A stretch of 64,000 bases of DNA from Savitreella phatthalungensis (taxonomy: Eukaryota). The notes beneath the pieces were generated by a model. It made no database searches. It had not been told where the DNA came from and was given only the letters and a program-made list of their open reading frames with translations. The position numbers and the translations under genes are program-made. The stretch spans positions 620,001-684,000 of the forward strand of contig AP039690.1 of the NCBI GenBank assembly GCA_051599415.1, read 5' to 3'. This document shows positions 22,375-33,633 of this stretch, one piece after another (position 1 is the first letter of the stretch; every line of letters begins with the position of its first letter).

Positions 22375-23799
22375 ATGCTGCCTCGGAGCTGGCGTGCAAG
22401 TCTAAAGACCGGTTGGACTCGCATCACGGGTCCTCAGGATTCTTCGGCAGCTTCGGCACGTCGACACAGCACCACCGAGACCACATCCAACAAATCACGC
22501 TTCGTTCCCCAGGAGGGAATCTACCCTCGCGGCTTTTCTGTTGGCGGCATTCACTGCGGAGTGAAGAAGAATGGTCGGCCTGACCTAGCAATCGTTGCAT
22601 CACGGGATCACGACTGCAATGCCGCTGCAGTTTTTACAAAGAACATCTTCCAAGCCGCTCCGGTGACGACGTCCCGGAAAGTGCTCGAAGCTCGTTCAGG
22701 CCGTGGTCTGCGTGCGATTATCACCAACTCCGGCTGCGCGAATGCCGTCACAGGACAGGGAGGTTTAGAAGACGCCAACAAGATGGGCCGTGCCGTCGAC
22801 GACTTGCTAGATCGAGGATCAGATGCAGACGCCGGCCTCTCGAGCACACTAGTCATGTCGACCGGCGTCATCGGTCAACGTCTCCCGATCGACCGCATCA
22901 TCCAGGGTATCCCGAAAGTATACAAGCACGCCGGCGACTCTCACGACCACTGGCTCGACTGTGCAAAGGCATACTGCACCACTGACACCTTCCCTAAACT
23001 CGTGAGCAAGTCGATTCGTCTGCCCTCACTGTCGGGCGAGGGCGAGGGGATTGAGGTCCGAATGGCAGGGATCACAAAAGGCGCCGGGATGATCCACCCT
23101 GACATGGCCACGTTGCTGGGCTTCATCGCTACAGATGCGGCCATCGGCCCGGACGCCTGCAAGTCGATTCTCAAGCACGCCGTCGAGCGCTCATTCAACT
23201 CTATCTCCGTCGACGGCGACATGTCCACCAACGACACAGTCTGCCTCCTCGCCAACGCCGCCTCGCTCGATGGATCTTCCGACACCACTTACCTCATCAA
23301 CGACGACTCACACCCACACTACACCACCGTCCGAGACGCAGTCACGGCATTTGCAGTCTCGCTCGCTCAGCTCGTCGTCCGCGACGGTGAGGGCGCAACG
23401 AAGTTTGTGACTGTGCGTGTGGAGGATGCTGGATCGTATGAGGACGCTCGGCAGGTGGCGTCGACGATCGCGACGTCTGCGCTCGTCAAGACGGCCCTGT
23501 ACGGTCAGGACGCCAACTGGGGTCGGATCCTGTGTGCGACCGGGTACGCTGGCGTCCAGGTCGATCCCACCAAGACAGACGTCCTCTTCACCTCCCTCCA
23601 CGACAACGGTCCCGACCTGCCACTCCTCATCGCCGGCGAGCCAGAGAACGTGGACGAGGCCAGGGCAGCAGACCTGCTCGCTCAAGAAGACGTTGAGATC
23701 GTCGTCAAACTAGGCACAGGTAAGGGACATTCAGCAACCTACTGGACCTGCGACTTCTCTCACGAATACGTTACAATCAACGGCGACTACCGTACATAA
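22375..23799 (+). CDS. ARG7: Mitochondrial ornithine acetyltransferase (ArgJ)
   Basis: [24 protein letters not shown], autocleavage motif [29 protein letters not shown], terminal [10 protein letters not shown]; presequence-like N-terminus. Confidence 0.96.
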   Translation: MLPRSWRASLKTGWTRITGPQDSSAASARRHSTTETTSNKSRFVPQEGIYPRGFSVGGIHCGVKKNGRPDLAIVASRDHDCNAAAVFTKNIFQAAPVTTSRKVLEARSGRGLRAIITNSGCANAVTGQGGLEDANKMGRAVDDLLDRGSDADAGLSSTLVMSTGVIGQRLPIDRIIQGIPKVYKHAGDSHDHWLDCAKAYCTTDTFPKLVSKSIRLPSLSGEGEGIEVRMAGITKGAGMIHPDMATLLGFIATDAAIGPDACKSILKHAVERSFNSISVDGDMSTNDTVCLLANAASLDGSSDTTYLINDDSHPHYTTVRDAVTAFAVSLAQLVVRDGEGATKFVTVRVEDAGSYEDARQVASTIATSALVKTALYGQDANWGRILCATGYAGVQVDPTKTDVLFTSLHDNGPDLPLLIAGEPENVDEARAADLLAQEDVEIVVKLGTGKGHSATYWTCDFSHEYVTINGDYRT

Positions 23800-23849
23800 C
23801 CTCACATAAACACCTGTCTTACACATCATTTCATTGTAATCTTGTTCAA

Positions 23850-25295
23850 TTAGCGTGGGGTGCTTGTCGTTGTGTGGTAACTCGGTCGACGTGGCTGGAC
23901 GGCCGGTGGCTGGATAGGCGTATGGCGTGAGGAGATGGTACGTCTGGGTGAGCCCTCAGCTACATCAGGGACACCCAGAGAATCTGTCGATGTCGATCCA
24001 GAAGGAATCGGTGGAGGAGGACGACGGCGTGACTTGCCTTTCGTCGGCGTCAATCGCGACCTGACATCGCGATCTTCCTCAACCAGCGACAACTTGCTCG
24101 AACTCGGTCCGTGCTGCTGACCGAGCGCGCCGTGGCTGACAGCGCGTGTCATTGGGGTTGCCTTGGTGGCGGTCAAGGAGGTGCTGGTCTCGGATACGTG
24201 TGTTCTGGGCGTCGGTCTGCGTGGATTTGTGGTGGGAGAGTCGAGTGGCGTGCAGTAGTTCTCGGGGAACAGACCAGGTCGAGATAGCGCTGCACCTGCA
24301 CCGTCCACCTTCCTGCCAGTCCACCAGCCAGACTCGTGGCGCTGGAGCACCTCGACCAGGTCACCAATGCGTAGGACAAGCTCTTCGTCACGAGCAGGAT
24401 CGAAGTTGAAGTTGGCTTGCACCAGGGTACTGTTTGCCACAGCTGCCAGGTGATCGGTCTCTTCCGAAAGCACCAAGGATTGCTGTGAGAGGTTTCTTTG
24501 CGTGAGCTCGCTGTTGACCGACTTGATCTGTTGTTGCTGCGGTGGTAATATCGCAGCGCTAGAGGGGCTTGGTGCTCGCGATCCAGGATTGTCAGCTTCA
24601 TGTGACGGTGGGCTACATGCAAGAGAGTTCATCATTTCCTCAACAACCTCCATCGCTTGTCGATGCCGATCGCGCTCGGCGGCTGCAAATGCATGCATCC
24701 AGGCAATCAAGTCTGGCTCGGCACCAATGACCATGTCCATGCGTTTCGCCACATCGTTCGTTTGCTCTTCGAAACGGATCCTTGCAGTGCGTAGTTCCTC
24801 CTCAGCTTTCGGATCATCCTTTTTTGCCTTGGCCATTTTTGACATGGCTGAGTCGTATGTGAGTCGCCTGCTCTCGAGCTTCTTACGAGCTGTATGAAAA
24901 TCCTTGATGTGAACGAGCATCCGTTTGACGTTGTCGAGCATGGCATCATGTACTTGCCTCCCGAATCGATCATCCAGACGGGCGATCTTTTGCTCCGCTG
25001 TCCCGACAGTCAACAGGACTTGCCCGTACTCAGAGTCGTGTGGGAGCTCGCCGGAATGCTGCAGTAATACCGCTCCGAGGTTTTCAAGTGGTGTGGCTTT
25101 GTCGTGACTGCCTTGATCCTGACGCTTCGCGAGATGTTTAAGCCAGGTGGTCGCGGCATCGTGAAGCGCTTGAAGTCCTTGCTCGCGTAAGCCAAGTTGT
25201 TGCTCAAGGTCTCGAAATTCAGCGTCAGCCTCTGTCTTGGCAGATGCACCGAGGCGTTCGCCCGTCCATTGCTTGAATTTGCCATAGCTCTTCAT
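23850..25295 (-). CDS. Endophilin-like N-BAR + SH3 domain protein
   Basis: Amphipathic start MKSYGKFKQWTGERLG; BAR signature RKKLESRRLTYDS; SH3 ANFNF...EL...GD....SGWWTG...GLFPENY; Pro-rich tail. Confidence 0.85.
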   Translation of the reverse strand: MKSYGKFKQWTGERLGASAKTEADAEFRDLEQQLGLREQGLQALHDAATTWLKHLAKRQDQGSHDKATPLENLGAVLLQHSGELPHDSEYGQVLLTVGTAEQKIARLDDRFGRQVHDAMLDNVKRMLVHIKDFHTARKKLESRRLTYDSAMSKMAKAKKDDPKAEEELRTARIRFEEQTNDVAKRMDMVIGAEPDLIAWMHAFAAAERDRHRQAMEVVEEMMNSLACSPPSHEADNPGSRAPSPSSAAILPPQQQQIKSVNSELTQRNLSQQSLVLSEETDHLAAVANSTLVQANFNFDPARDEELVLRIGDLVEVLQRHESGWWTGRKVDGAGAALSRPGLFPENYCTPLDSPTTNPRRPTPRTHVSETSTSLTATKATPMTRAVSHGALGQQHGPSSSKLSLVEEDRDVRSRLTPTKGKSRRRPPPPIPSGSTSTDSLGVPDVAEGSPRRTISSRHTPIQPPAVQPRRPSYHTTTSTPR

Positions 25296-26703
25296 TGCAG
25301 AGAGAAACAGGACAGCCTGGCCCGAATACAATGTCTGAGAGGATGCGTTTGCCAAAGCTCGGTAATTGGGGTTGTTTCGGCAGACGATGGGAAATTCTCA
25401 GCTTCTACCAAATGTCGTCTCTCGGCGAAAGAATTCTACTGAGACACCGTCAATATTCCGAGGTGATTAGTGTGCCTGATTCGCTTTGTCTGCTACTGCA
25501 GAATCCAGTGACGAGCTCAGTGTGCCTTGAAGGAGTGGACAGCTAGAGACGACTGAAGTACTCCTGATTCGGCTGCAAAGCGGAGTGTCTTTGATGACTT
25601 CGACCGCAAGTTTGGAAGAGCAAGTGAAACTTCAATTGGGAAGAAAGGTCATCACGACCGACAATGTTCTATCCTGATACGTACTTGTAAAGGTGAACGA
25701 CTGTGTTCATACAGACATGTGCTCATATGCATGAGTGCACGTGTGTAGTCTCTGCTAATAGCTGGACTTGACTAGGCTGAGATGAGGTGAGATGAGTCTA
25801 GCGTCACATCCTCATAATACTCGGTGTCTTAGACTATGGATGATGACTGTCGATTACTCCATGACAGTAGCCACAGCTGCAGCTGACATATTCGATACAC
25901 CTGGGAAGTCTGCCGTGTCGGATCCAAACTCACTGTTGTACGCTTTCACATGACATGGGTCATGGCTAGCGGCCGAGTGATCGGTGACACAAGTATGACT
26001 GACAGCTCAGCCTACCGACAGAAAACGATGAATCCTCTGAGATCTTCGATGGATCATGCGGCTCTAATGCGTCACAGACGAGTATTCCAGTACATGAAAG
26101 CGTGTCAACGACCATACAGTGCCATGAACAGCTGCGTTGAGTCTTTAAGACCACGTGACTGCAATGAAGGCCATACGAGTATCACTTTCCGTTGCCATAG
26201 CCGACACCCATTCCCCTTCAACGTCATTGTTTAGTAAAAGGGCAGGAGCATGATCTCCCGCCAGCGTTGGTGATAATCACAACGCAGTATGACTCATTGA
26301 CTGACTGTCACTACTCATGGAGCTACCTGGTGCTGCATGTTTTACAGACTCACATTCCTCAGGCCCTAGATGTCAATGGCTGTATGAGACAGCAAACGAG
26401 CATCTCTTCAGCATCGCAGCGGCGGCCGACTTCTTCTGCTTACTCGCTCTTCTACTTGAACAGCTCCAGATCTCCACGCGGCTATCAGTGCCGACAATAT
26501 TGAGTGTCGTGGCGCACGGACTCAGACTTACATACCAGATTCTGACCAGTAGATGTTTGCCATCTTGCCTGGGGCAGCTTGCTACAGCTTTGAATGCACG
26601 AACTTTTCATTTGTGGACGTTCGCGTCACAATCGACCTCAATTAATCGACACACTAGATCATTAAACCCAAGAACGCGACCACCGGAGGGCCACAGAGCG
26701 ACC

Positions 26704-26724
26704 ATGGCTCGGGCACCTAGATAG
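26704..26724 (+). other. Six-codon upstream ORF (MARAPR*) ending 3 nt before the next ATG, in the same frame
   Basis: ACCATGGCTCGGGCACCTAGATAG-ATT-ATG; strong ACCATGG start context. Confidence 0.4.
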
Positions 26725-26727
26725 ATT

Positions 26728-28758
26728 ATGTCTTCACCAGAAAGTGCGGCCGACGCGCACATGTCGGATGCTGAATCGTCCGACGGCCACGATAGCAACA
26801 GTGACAAGGGCAGCGACGTCTCTTGGCGGACTTCACAGCTCAAGTCATCTTCAAAAAAGCCGCAGCAAAAGGACACGTCGAACGGAATCGATGTTGAATC
26901 ACCTCTCGTCGAGAATGGAGATGCTCAGAAACCAGTGTTTCTCAAAATGGCTTTCGGTCGAGCAGCGAAGCAGGAGATCGTCAATCCCATGATCGAGTCG
27001 ACCGAGCAGCACGACGCGCGTCCGTGGACAGAGCGGACAGACACCATCCCATTCATGGTCGTCTTCCGCAATACATTCGCGGAGCTGTTCGAGGGCCTGC
27101 CTCATTTCGGACCCCAGGATATCGAAGAGATGCTCGAGGAGCCGAAGCCGGGACCTATCATCATGGAGTTCTTCTGCCGCATGCTGACTCTTGTCAATGA
27201 CCGCACAAAGCCCGTCGAGAACCCAAACTACAATCGTGCACTCCAGACATACTTGCAGAGTCTCCCCTTACCGAGGCAGGACCCAAAATATGCCGGATAT
27301 GGCCCACATCCTGTTCTCGTTGCCGACAATAAATTCACGGATTTGGATGTCCGGGATCGGCTATGGATCCTCGAGTCTCTCGTCGACTCCTGCTTGAGCG
27401 AGTGCAAACGCTTCAGAGAACGCATCGATGAGGCCTACCGATTGAGATACGCGATCGAAACAGGCAAGGTGAGCAATGCACTCGAAGTGCCTTCGATCGG
27501 GCTTGACGACTCGAAGAACGTTTATTATCTGGTCCGCGGCTTTGGACATACGCGATTCCGCCTATACGTGCAGACTGACCCGGCAAAAGAGACGCAGCAG
27601 TGGTATGCGGTCGCAGGCGATGTTCCCTCGATGCGGACCCTGATTGACAAGCTCGCCGACAGCACTCAGACCTTACGCGGGCGGAAACTGGTCAAGCACC
27701 TCCGAGAGGACCTGCTGCCAGACCTGGAAGCGTGCGAGCAGGCTAGAGCGGAAGAAGAGCATCGCCGGAAGCGCGCAGAGCAGGCTCGCGATCGTCGAGC
27801 TGCCTTGAGCTCTCATCTATATGAATCTCCACGAGATCGAAGCATGCGCACGCGAGGTCGGCGGGTTGATTACGCTGAGGTGGAGAATGGCTATCGTAGC
27901 CACGGCAACGGGTATGACGATGGCGAATCGTCCTACTCCGCATCCTCTCCACGGTCTGCTCGCCTTGCTGGCATGACTACGACGACGACCACCACCAGTG
28001 GCAGAAGAGTTCGACGAACGCGGCGTCACTTTGACTTCGGTGACGATGAGAATGACGATGACGAGGAGGAGGATGAAGGAGATGAAAAGCACTCCGAGTA
28101 CGGAGATGACGATAACGATGACAATCACGACCATGACGAAGCGGATGAAACAGAAGATGAGGATGTGGATGAGATGCTGGACGACGAGGAAGAAGAGGAG
28201 TTACGAAAGCGGAAAACACTCGTTGTCAAGTGTCGGCTTGACCCGGCACAGCTCAAGCGAGCGCTCGAGGCAGCTGCCTGGAGAGCAGCAAGACCAGAAC
28301 CAAAGATTCCACCACCACCTCCTGCTCAGTTGCAGCAACCCGCGACCACCTCTGCGGCCGCGGTGCCGACAACAGCGGCATCCACGACGCTAAAAACTTC
28401 CAGTACAGAACCACGGGTGTCGTCCAAATATTGGCCGACGACCAGCGGCATTGCCGATCCTGCGCCTCTGACTGCTCAAGCAGAGCAAGAGCGCGAGTCA
28501 GAACCCGCCAAAGTGGAGGTGAAGAATGGGGAGTCCGATGCTGGGCGAACGATCGAGGATGCACCGAAGCCATTGGCGCAGAGCGACTCGATATCGCAAC
28601 TACAATCCGCTGTCGAGCCGAAAGCCGAGCAGGCTCCAGCCCAGAGCAGGACAGCATCCGAAGATGAGCAGCAGAAGATGGGGATACCACATGGAATCGA
28701 TGCAGAAGGGCCCAACAGAACTGTGTCTTCCATTCCTCTTGGGCGCCCCGAGTCATAG
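26728..28758 (+). CDS. Putative chromatin-associated protein with DDT-like/WHIM1/WSD-type motifs (ISWI partner-like)
   Basis: FTDLDVRDRLWILESLVD (WHIM1-like), IGLDDSKNVYYL..RLY..WYAVA (WHIM2/3-like), RTRGRRVDYAE, long acidic tract. Confidence 0.65.
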   Translation: MSSPESAADAHMSDAESSDGHDSNSDKGSDVSWRTSQLKSSSKKPQQKDTSNGIDVESPLVENGDAQKPVFLKMAFGRAAKQEIVNPMIESTEQHDARPWTERTDTIPFMVVFRNTFAELFEGLPHFGPQDIEEMLEEPKPGPIIMEFFCRMLTLVNDRTKPVENPNYNRALQTYLQSLPLPRQDPKYAGYGPHPVLVADNKFTDLDVRDRLWILESLVDSCLSECKRFRERIDEAYRLRYAIETGKVSNALEVPSIGLDDSKNVYYLVRGFGHTRFRLYVQTDPAKETQQWYAVAGDVPSMRTLIDKLADSTQTLRGRKLVKHLREDLLPDLEACEQARAEEEHRRKRAEQARDRRAALSSHLYESPRDRSMRTRGRRVDYAEVENGYRSHGNGYDDGESSYSASSPRSARLAGMTTTTTTTSGRRVRRTRRHFDFGDDENDDDEEEDEGDEKHSEYGDDDNDDNHDHDEADETEDEDVDEMLDDEEEEELRKRKTLVVKCRLDPAQLKRALEAAAWRAARPEPKIPPPPPAQLQQPATTSAAAVPTTAASTTLKTSSTEPRVSSKYWPTTSGIADPAPLTAQAEQERESEPAKVEVKNGESDAGRTIEDAPKPLAQSDSISQLQSAVEPKAEQAPAQSRTASEDEQQKMGIPHGIDAEGPNRTVSSIPLGRPES

Positions 28759-28793
28759 AGACGATTACCTTTAATAATTCGTGATGAAGTGTA

Positions 28794-29369
28794 TCAAGAT
28801 GCATTGTCGCGCTTCCATGCATCTACCCAGGCGCAGAGACGATCGACGTTTTCCTCCATCTGATCGACAGTCTCTGACTGTAGCTCGATGACAATCTCTT
28901 TTGGAAAACTGTCGCGAGCGTCGTCAAGCACGACCTGCATAATCTCCGCCTCATTGTTCTCCTGGATTTTCGCAAGCGCATACCCTCGCGCCTCTAGCCT
29001 ATCCCAGAGCTTTGAGTGGTCGCAACGGAGGACGACGACAAGGTCGATCCATGATTCAGGCAGGATGCCGCACTCGTGCCAGTCGATGATACAGCCGCCC
29101 ACGGCGCACAAAGGTTCAAGGTAGTCGAGCACCTTGTCGTCATCGACCTCGTACGTGTCCCAAGCACTGTCGTACCCACTGTGCAGCCCGTGCTCCTTCA
29201 CCAGCGGACCCACACTCAGCAGCTTGAAATTGCCAACACCTGACAATCGCTCCTCCAGTAAACCAGCGGTCGTCGTCTTACCTGTCCCTGGCGTGCCGCA
29301 GACGACGATATTAGGTAGAGAGCGCTCAGGAGCCTCGCCAGGCTCAGCGGAACTCTCCGATGATGACAT
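28794..29369 (-). CDS. FAP7: Adenylate kinase 6 / Fap7 (40S maturation factor)
   Basis: PNIVVCGTPGTGKTT, IIDWH, DLVVVLRC, RLEARGY..AKIQENNEAEIM. Confidence 0.95.
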   Translation of the reverse strand: MSSSESSAEPGEAPERSLPNIVVCGTPGTGKTTTAGLLEERLSGVGNFKLLSVGPLVKEHGLHSGYDSAWDTYEVDDDKVLDYLEPLCAVGGCIIDWHECGILPESWIDLVVVLRCDHSKLWDRLEARGYALAKIQENNEAEIMQVVLDDARDSFPKEIVIELQSETVDQMEENVDRLCAWVDAWKRDNAS

Positions 29370-29740
29370 TAGAGGAGGGATGAGAGAGCGTAACAGGCTA
29401 GGATGTGCCTTACATGACGGGATGATGGAAGATTAATGCATTGTATTGCAGTGATCAATCTTCATAGGCCGGAAATTTGCCGGAAAATGCGGAAGATATT
29501 CACCCTCACAGCCACATTTGTGCCACAAACCCAAATGTCATCTGAGATTCACGTGGTTCTGATGAAAATATGGATTTGGAGAAAATTTTCGCACGGTCTC
29601 TGGAGCTGGATTTAAATCTGCCGGCTCTGTTGACTGTGAGTTGCCCATGGGATGAGTACAGTGAGTGAGTAGGCCAGAATGAGGGAGTGGAGTCAGAGCA
29701 CACTCTACACCTACACCTGTACACTCTCTGGCTGATACTA

Positions 29741-29980
29741 ACTCTGTGTGCCTCACACACTCACTTACTCACTTACTCACTCATACTCGCTCACACTCGC
29801 TCACTCACTGAGCGATACTATACTCACTCATACGCTGCCGAGCAGCACCAAGCCCAGTCCAGTGCAGCCACTGGATTCCACCGAGTGATTGATTCACTGA
29901 CCCACTGACTGAGCGTTGCAGGGTTCAGTGACACACTCACACTCACTCACACTCACTCACACTCCTACTCACTCACACCG
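29741..29980. repeat. Degenerate CACT/ACTC-rich low-complexity tract in the FAP7-RPL39 divergent promoter
   Basis: Repeated CACTCACT/ACACTC units visible. Confidence 0.7.
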
Positions 29981-30214
29981 TAGCAACTCCCAGGTAGCCA
30001 GTTACACAGACAGAGCCACAGCCAGGCAACCAGCCAACGTGACAGACCTCAGTACACTCACACACCCTCCTCCCCCTCTACGCACGCACACACACTCAAC
30101 CCAGTCCAGCGCTCTCTACCGCACAGTTCCTCTCTACTCTACTGGCAATTCTCACCCTAAGCACAAGAGAAGCTCATCAGCATCACTACCAATCTCTCTT
30201 ATAGACACCTCGCA

Positions 30215-30658
30215 ATGGGTTCCATCAAGGTAAGTTACAACATCAATCTGGCAGTCAAGGGTCGACTCGACGGCGTGGTTGTGGACGGACAGGTCTAGAT
30301 CGAAGTCATCGAACAGTAAAGCGCGACATATCGAGGACACGAGCAACAGTCTCAACTACGCGACAAATATCTTCTTCGTCCTCCAAGCTGGACTCTGTCT
30401 CCTCTATCGACTCACATTTGCACGACTACCGAACTTCAACCACATCCATTCGACTTTCGTCCTTTTGACTCGCGAAGACTCTTCTCCCTCAACGTCCAGT
30501 ACTAACGCGTCATCTAGACATTCCGTACAAAGCAGAAGCTTGCCAAGGCAGCCAAGCAGAACCGGCCAATCCCTCAGTGGATCCGCATGCGCACTGGCAA
30601 CACGATCCGCTACAACGCCAAGCGCAGGCACTGGCGCCGCACCAAGCTCAACATCTAG
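30215..30658 (+). CDS. RPL39: 60S ribosomal protein L39 (eL39), 51 aa; intron 30230-30517
   Basis: Exon 1 MGSIK + exon 2 [46 protein letters not shown]; intron GTAAGT...TACTAAC...CTAG. Missed by the ORF track. Confidence 0.98.
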
Positions 30659-30921
30659 AGAAAGCACGGCCGGGAGGAGAAAGGAGAAGGAAGAAGAGAA
30701 ACGAAATTCTCTCTTCCCAACATCACAACGACTGGGTTATTCACGACCTTATCGACCTCGACCTACTTTTTTATTTGCACAACCACCTTATGATGATGAG
30801 TTTTTCCCAACACCCTGCTACTCGGTCACTCCGGCGCGAGCGCGATACTTCCTTTGCCCAATCTCGTGCGGGTGCTGGCTTGCATACGTCGATGAAGTGT
30901 TTGTATTTTGTGTCTACGACT

Positions 30922-31314
30922 CTACGACTCAGGGGCGTCGAATCGGGCATTCGTCTCAGCGATCCGCTCTCCTGCGAGATCAGTGCACTTGGCCAGCAAC
31001 GCCTTTGCAAGATCTCGAATCTCGTTGTACGCGTGCAGTCCCGCAATATGTCTTGCCGTGATCTCATCCGCCATCTGGACCGCCATCTTCCGACGATCTC
31101 CATCCCTCTCACCAACAAGTCTCCCAACCGACCTCTCCAGCAACCGCGCGCTCTCATCACGCCGACAACGAGCGTCCGACAGTGCAGTCTCCAATCGAGC
31201 ACGCTTTGCAGCAACCTCGTCCGCCGTCATCGGCTGCAGTCGTTTCCCCATAACCACTTTTTTGCCATTGCCGGCTCGAGGCACTTTGATCAAACCCTCT
31301 CGCTCGCTCGTCAT
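30922..31314 (-). CDS. swi5: Swi5/Sae3 recombination mediator (Swi5-Sfr1 subunit; the S. pombe swi5 family, not the S. cerevisiae transcription factor)
   Basis: Signature RHIAGLHAYNEIRDLAKALL matches the Swi5 pattern HI..LH.YNE.KD. The start could be a downstream Met (31251). Confidence 0.85.
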   Translation of the reverse strand: MTSEREGLIKVPRAGNGKKVVMGKRLQPMTADEVAAKRARLETALSDARCRRDESARLLERSVGRLVGERDGDRRKMAVQMADEITARHIAGLHAYNEIRDLAKALLAKCTDLAGERIAETNARFDAPES

Positions 31315-31372
31315 GTCATGTCATCAATCGTAGCACTATAGTTTCATATATCCTTGGCTCATTTTCGCTCTG

Positions 31373-32215
31373 TCATCTCGTTTCACGTTGATAGGGATTT
31401 GGCGTGGTAGGTCGTGAGGTCATCCTGGCTGATCTCGGCGTGAGTGTACCTGCGAGTTGACCTGCTGTGATGCGTGGTGAGTAGCCTGGCTTGACGACGG
31501 TGCCGCGCCGACGTCGTCGCTGACAAACTCCTCCAATCGGCGACGCACCTCGTACACGATGCATCGCAATCGACCCTGCCCATCCACCGCCCACAGGGAT
31601 CCGGTACCCTCCCCCTACACCCTCATCTTCACGACTACCCGATACACGGGTGTCCATGGCGTTCCCCAGCGCACCAAAGCGCCTGTGCGCCGTGTCCGAA
31701 TGCTCGTGAGTGGGCTGCACGTCCAGGTTGTGTGTGAGGACGGTGGTCGGGTGAGGTGTTTTGTGAGGGACTGTGTCGGTGAGGGCTAATTGGCGTGTGG
31801 ACTCCGGAGCGGTGAGAAGACGGTTGGTATTGTTGTGGGAAGAGGATGGGGCGGCGGGATGCTTCGCATACAGCCAGCTGTACTTGGCACGCCGGTCCAG
31901 GTTGCCCTTGTCGAGGAGGTCGAGGAAGGAGGCGTTGTCGGTGGAGGTGTACTTGGCCTGCCACTCCGACAGCGTCATCGTCTGTGTATCCTCTCGCAGC
32001 TCCGCGCTACTGAAAGGGTGGTAGATGTCCCCGTCAATCTGCTTGATGGACTGCGGGAAGAAGTTCCGCCGTATTACAGCACCCAGCGCGTCCACATACT
32101 CGTCTTCCTCCAAGATCACCGCAGGTCTGTGTGATGGCTGATACGTCGATTGAGCATGCGCGATTGAATCCAGCTCTTTCTGCCGGCGCTCTCTAGCGCG
32201 TATGAGCTCTGACAT
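31373..32215 (-). CDS. ESS2: Splicing factor ESS2/DGCR14 (Bis1-like), compact form
   Basis: ILEEDEYVDALGAVIRRNFFP and TLSEWQAKYTSTDNASFLDLLDK..RRAKYSWLY. Probable start MSELIRAR at 32215. Confidence 0.85.
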   Translation of the reverse strand: MSELIRARERRQKELDSIAHAQSTYQPSHRPAVILEEDEYVDALGAVIRRNFFPQSIKQIDGDIYHPFSSAELREDTQTMTLSEWQAKYTSTDNASFLDLLDKGNLDRRAKYSWLYAKHPAAPSSSHNNTNRLLTAPESTRQLALTDTVPHKTPHPTTVLTHNLDVQPTHEHSDTAHRRFGALGNAMDTRVSGSREDEGVGGGYRIPVGGGWAGSIAMHRVRGASPIGGVCQRRRRRGTVVKPGYSPRITAGQLAGTLTPRSARMTSRPTTPNPYQRETR

Positions 32216-32661
32216 GAAGTAGCCAATGCTGCCGTGCGGTGACGCAGAGCAGTACCTTTGTACAGTGTGATGTAGTTGATGGTCGTGCTCATATGCTTTG
32301 ATCATTATCAATCACGTGTATCTCTCTTATTTTTTCCCAAAACGTGCAATCGTGCATTCAGAATCAATTTTTCGATAAGATAGATCTGCCTTCTCTTGTC
32401 TGCCTATCACTTGTCATATTTTCTCCCCGGTAGCCGCACCGCGCCGCACCGCGCCGACCGACTTTCTCCACTTCCAACTCTTACTGTCTATACACTCACA
32501 GACTTGCAGACCCACACGATAACGAGCTAGCTGACCTTCTCTACAGTCGAGACGATACCCCATTCTATCACTCTCTTGCTTGACTCCTACTGCAGTTGAA
32601 GTGACAGACAGAAGAGTTTTGTGACATCTCGGATTTCTGCCTTCTTCCTGCAACTGCAGTC

Positions 32662-33510
32662 ATGGACTCCTTTCTGGCTGGCGCTATCGCCGGTGTGTCA
32701 GAGATCCTGACGATGTACCCGCTGGATGTTGTGAAGACTCGGTCTCAGCTGTCTGTTGGGAAGGGTGAGGGCATGGTGAGTGCGCTGCGGTCGATTGTGA
32801 AGCAGGAAGGTTTTGCGACCTTGTACCGGGGTATCGTGCCGCCGATCTTCATGGAGGCGCCTAAGCGTGCGACCAAGTTCGCTGCCAACGACAAGTGGGG
32901 AGCGTTCTACAAGCGCACGTTCGGCGTCGACAAGGCAGGCCAGGGCCTATCGATCCTGACAGGCGCGACCGCAGGAGCAACCGAGTCCTTTGTCGTCGTC
33001 CCCTTCGAGCTCGTCAAGATCCGACTGCAGGACAAGAAGTCCGCACACCTGTACTCTGGCACGACCGACTGCTTGCGCAAGATCGTGGCAAAGGAAGGTC
33101 CGCTGGCGTTGTACAACGGTCTCGAGGCGACGATGTGGCGTCACGTGACTTGGAATGCTGGCTACTTTGGTGTCATCTTCCAGGTCAGGGCTCAGTTGCC
33201 GAAGCCGCAGACCAAGAAGGCAGAATTGCTCAACAACCTGGTAGCCGGATCGATCGGTGGCACCGTGGGTACCATCCTCAACACACCCTTCGACGTCGTC
33301 AAGTCACGAATCCAGAACGCACCCAGGATCCCGGGACAGGTGCCCAAGTACAATTGGGCGCTCTCGTCACTCGCCGTCGTCGCGAGGGAGGAAGGCGTGG
33401 GCGCGCTCTACAAGGGATTCGTTCCCAAGGTCTTGAGACTCGGACCAGGAGGTGGTATCCTCTTGGCCGTTTACACCGTCCTCATGGAAATCTTCGCCAA
33501 GTACAAGTAA
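32662..33510 (+). CDS. ODC1: Mitochondrial 2-oxodicarboxylate carrier
   Basis: Three PxD/ExxKxR carrier repeats; MEAPKRATKF, RHVTWNAGYFG, KYNWA, PKVLRLGPGGGILL are typical of Odc1/2. Confidence 0.9.
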   Translation: MDSFLAGAIAGVSEILTMYPLDVVKTRSQLSVGKGEGMVSALRSIVKQEGFATLYRGIVPPIFMEAPKRATKFAANDKWGAFYKRTFGVDKAGQGLSILTGATAGATESFVVVPFELVKIRLQDKKSAHLYSGTTDCLRKIVAKEGPLALYNGLEATMWRHVTWNAGYFGVIFQVRAQLPKPQTKKAELLNNLVAGSIGGTVGTILNTPFDVVKSRIQNAPRIPGQVPKYNWALSSLAVVAREEGVGALYKGFVPKVLRLGPGGGILLAVYTVLMEIFAKYK

Positions 33511-33633
33511 AGTTCAGGGAAAGTCATCCACATCTTTTGCATATTCTCGATCCACCGCACCGGCATAGCTATACCTACGTACTAGACATCTGTATGAAAA
33601 AAAGAATACATTTATTCTCTTCTTCTGCTTCAC

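Noticed and set aside
26525..26563. Minus-strand MANIYWSES followed by overlapping donors GTATGTAAGT (stwintron-like)
   Set aside because: Removing an internal intron did not regenerate a donor, and no coherent downstream exons were found.
30279..31341. Long plus-strand ORFs of 260 and 254 aa
   Set aside because: Alternative frames of RPL39 and its intron, and antisense shadows of swi5.
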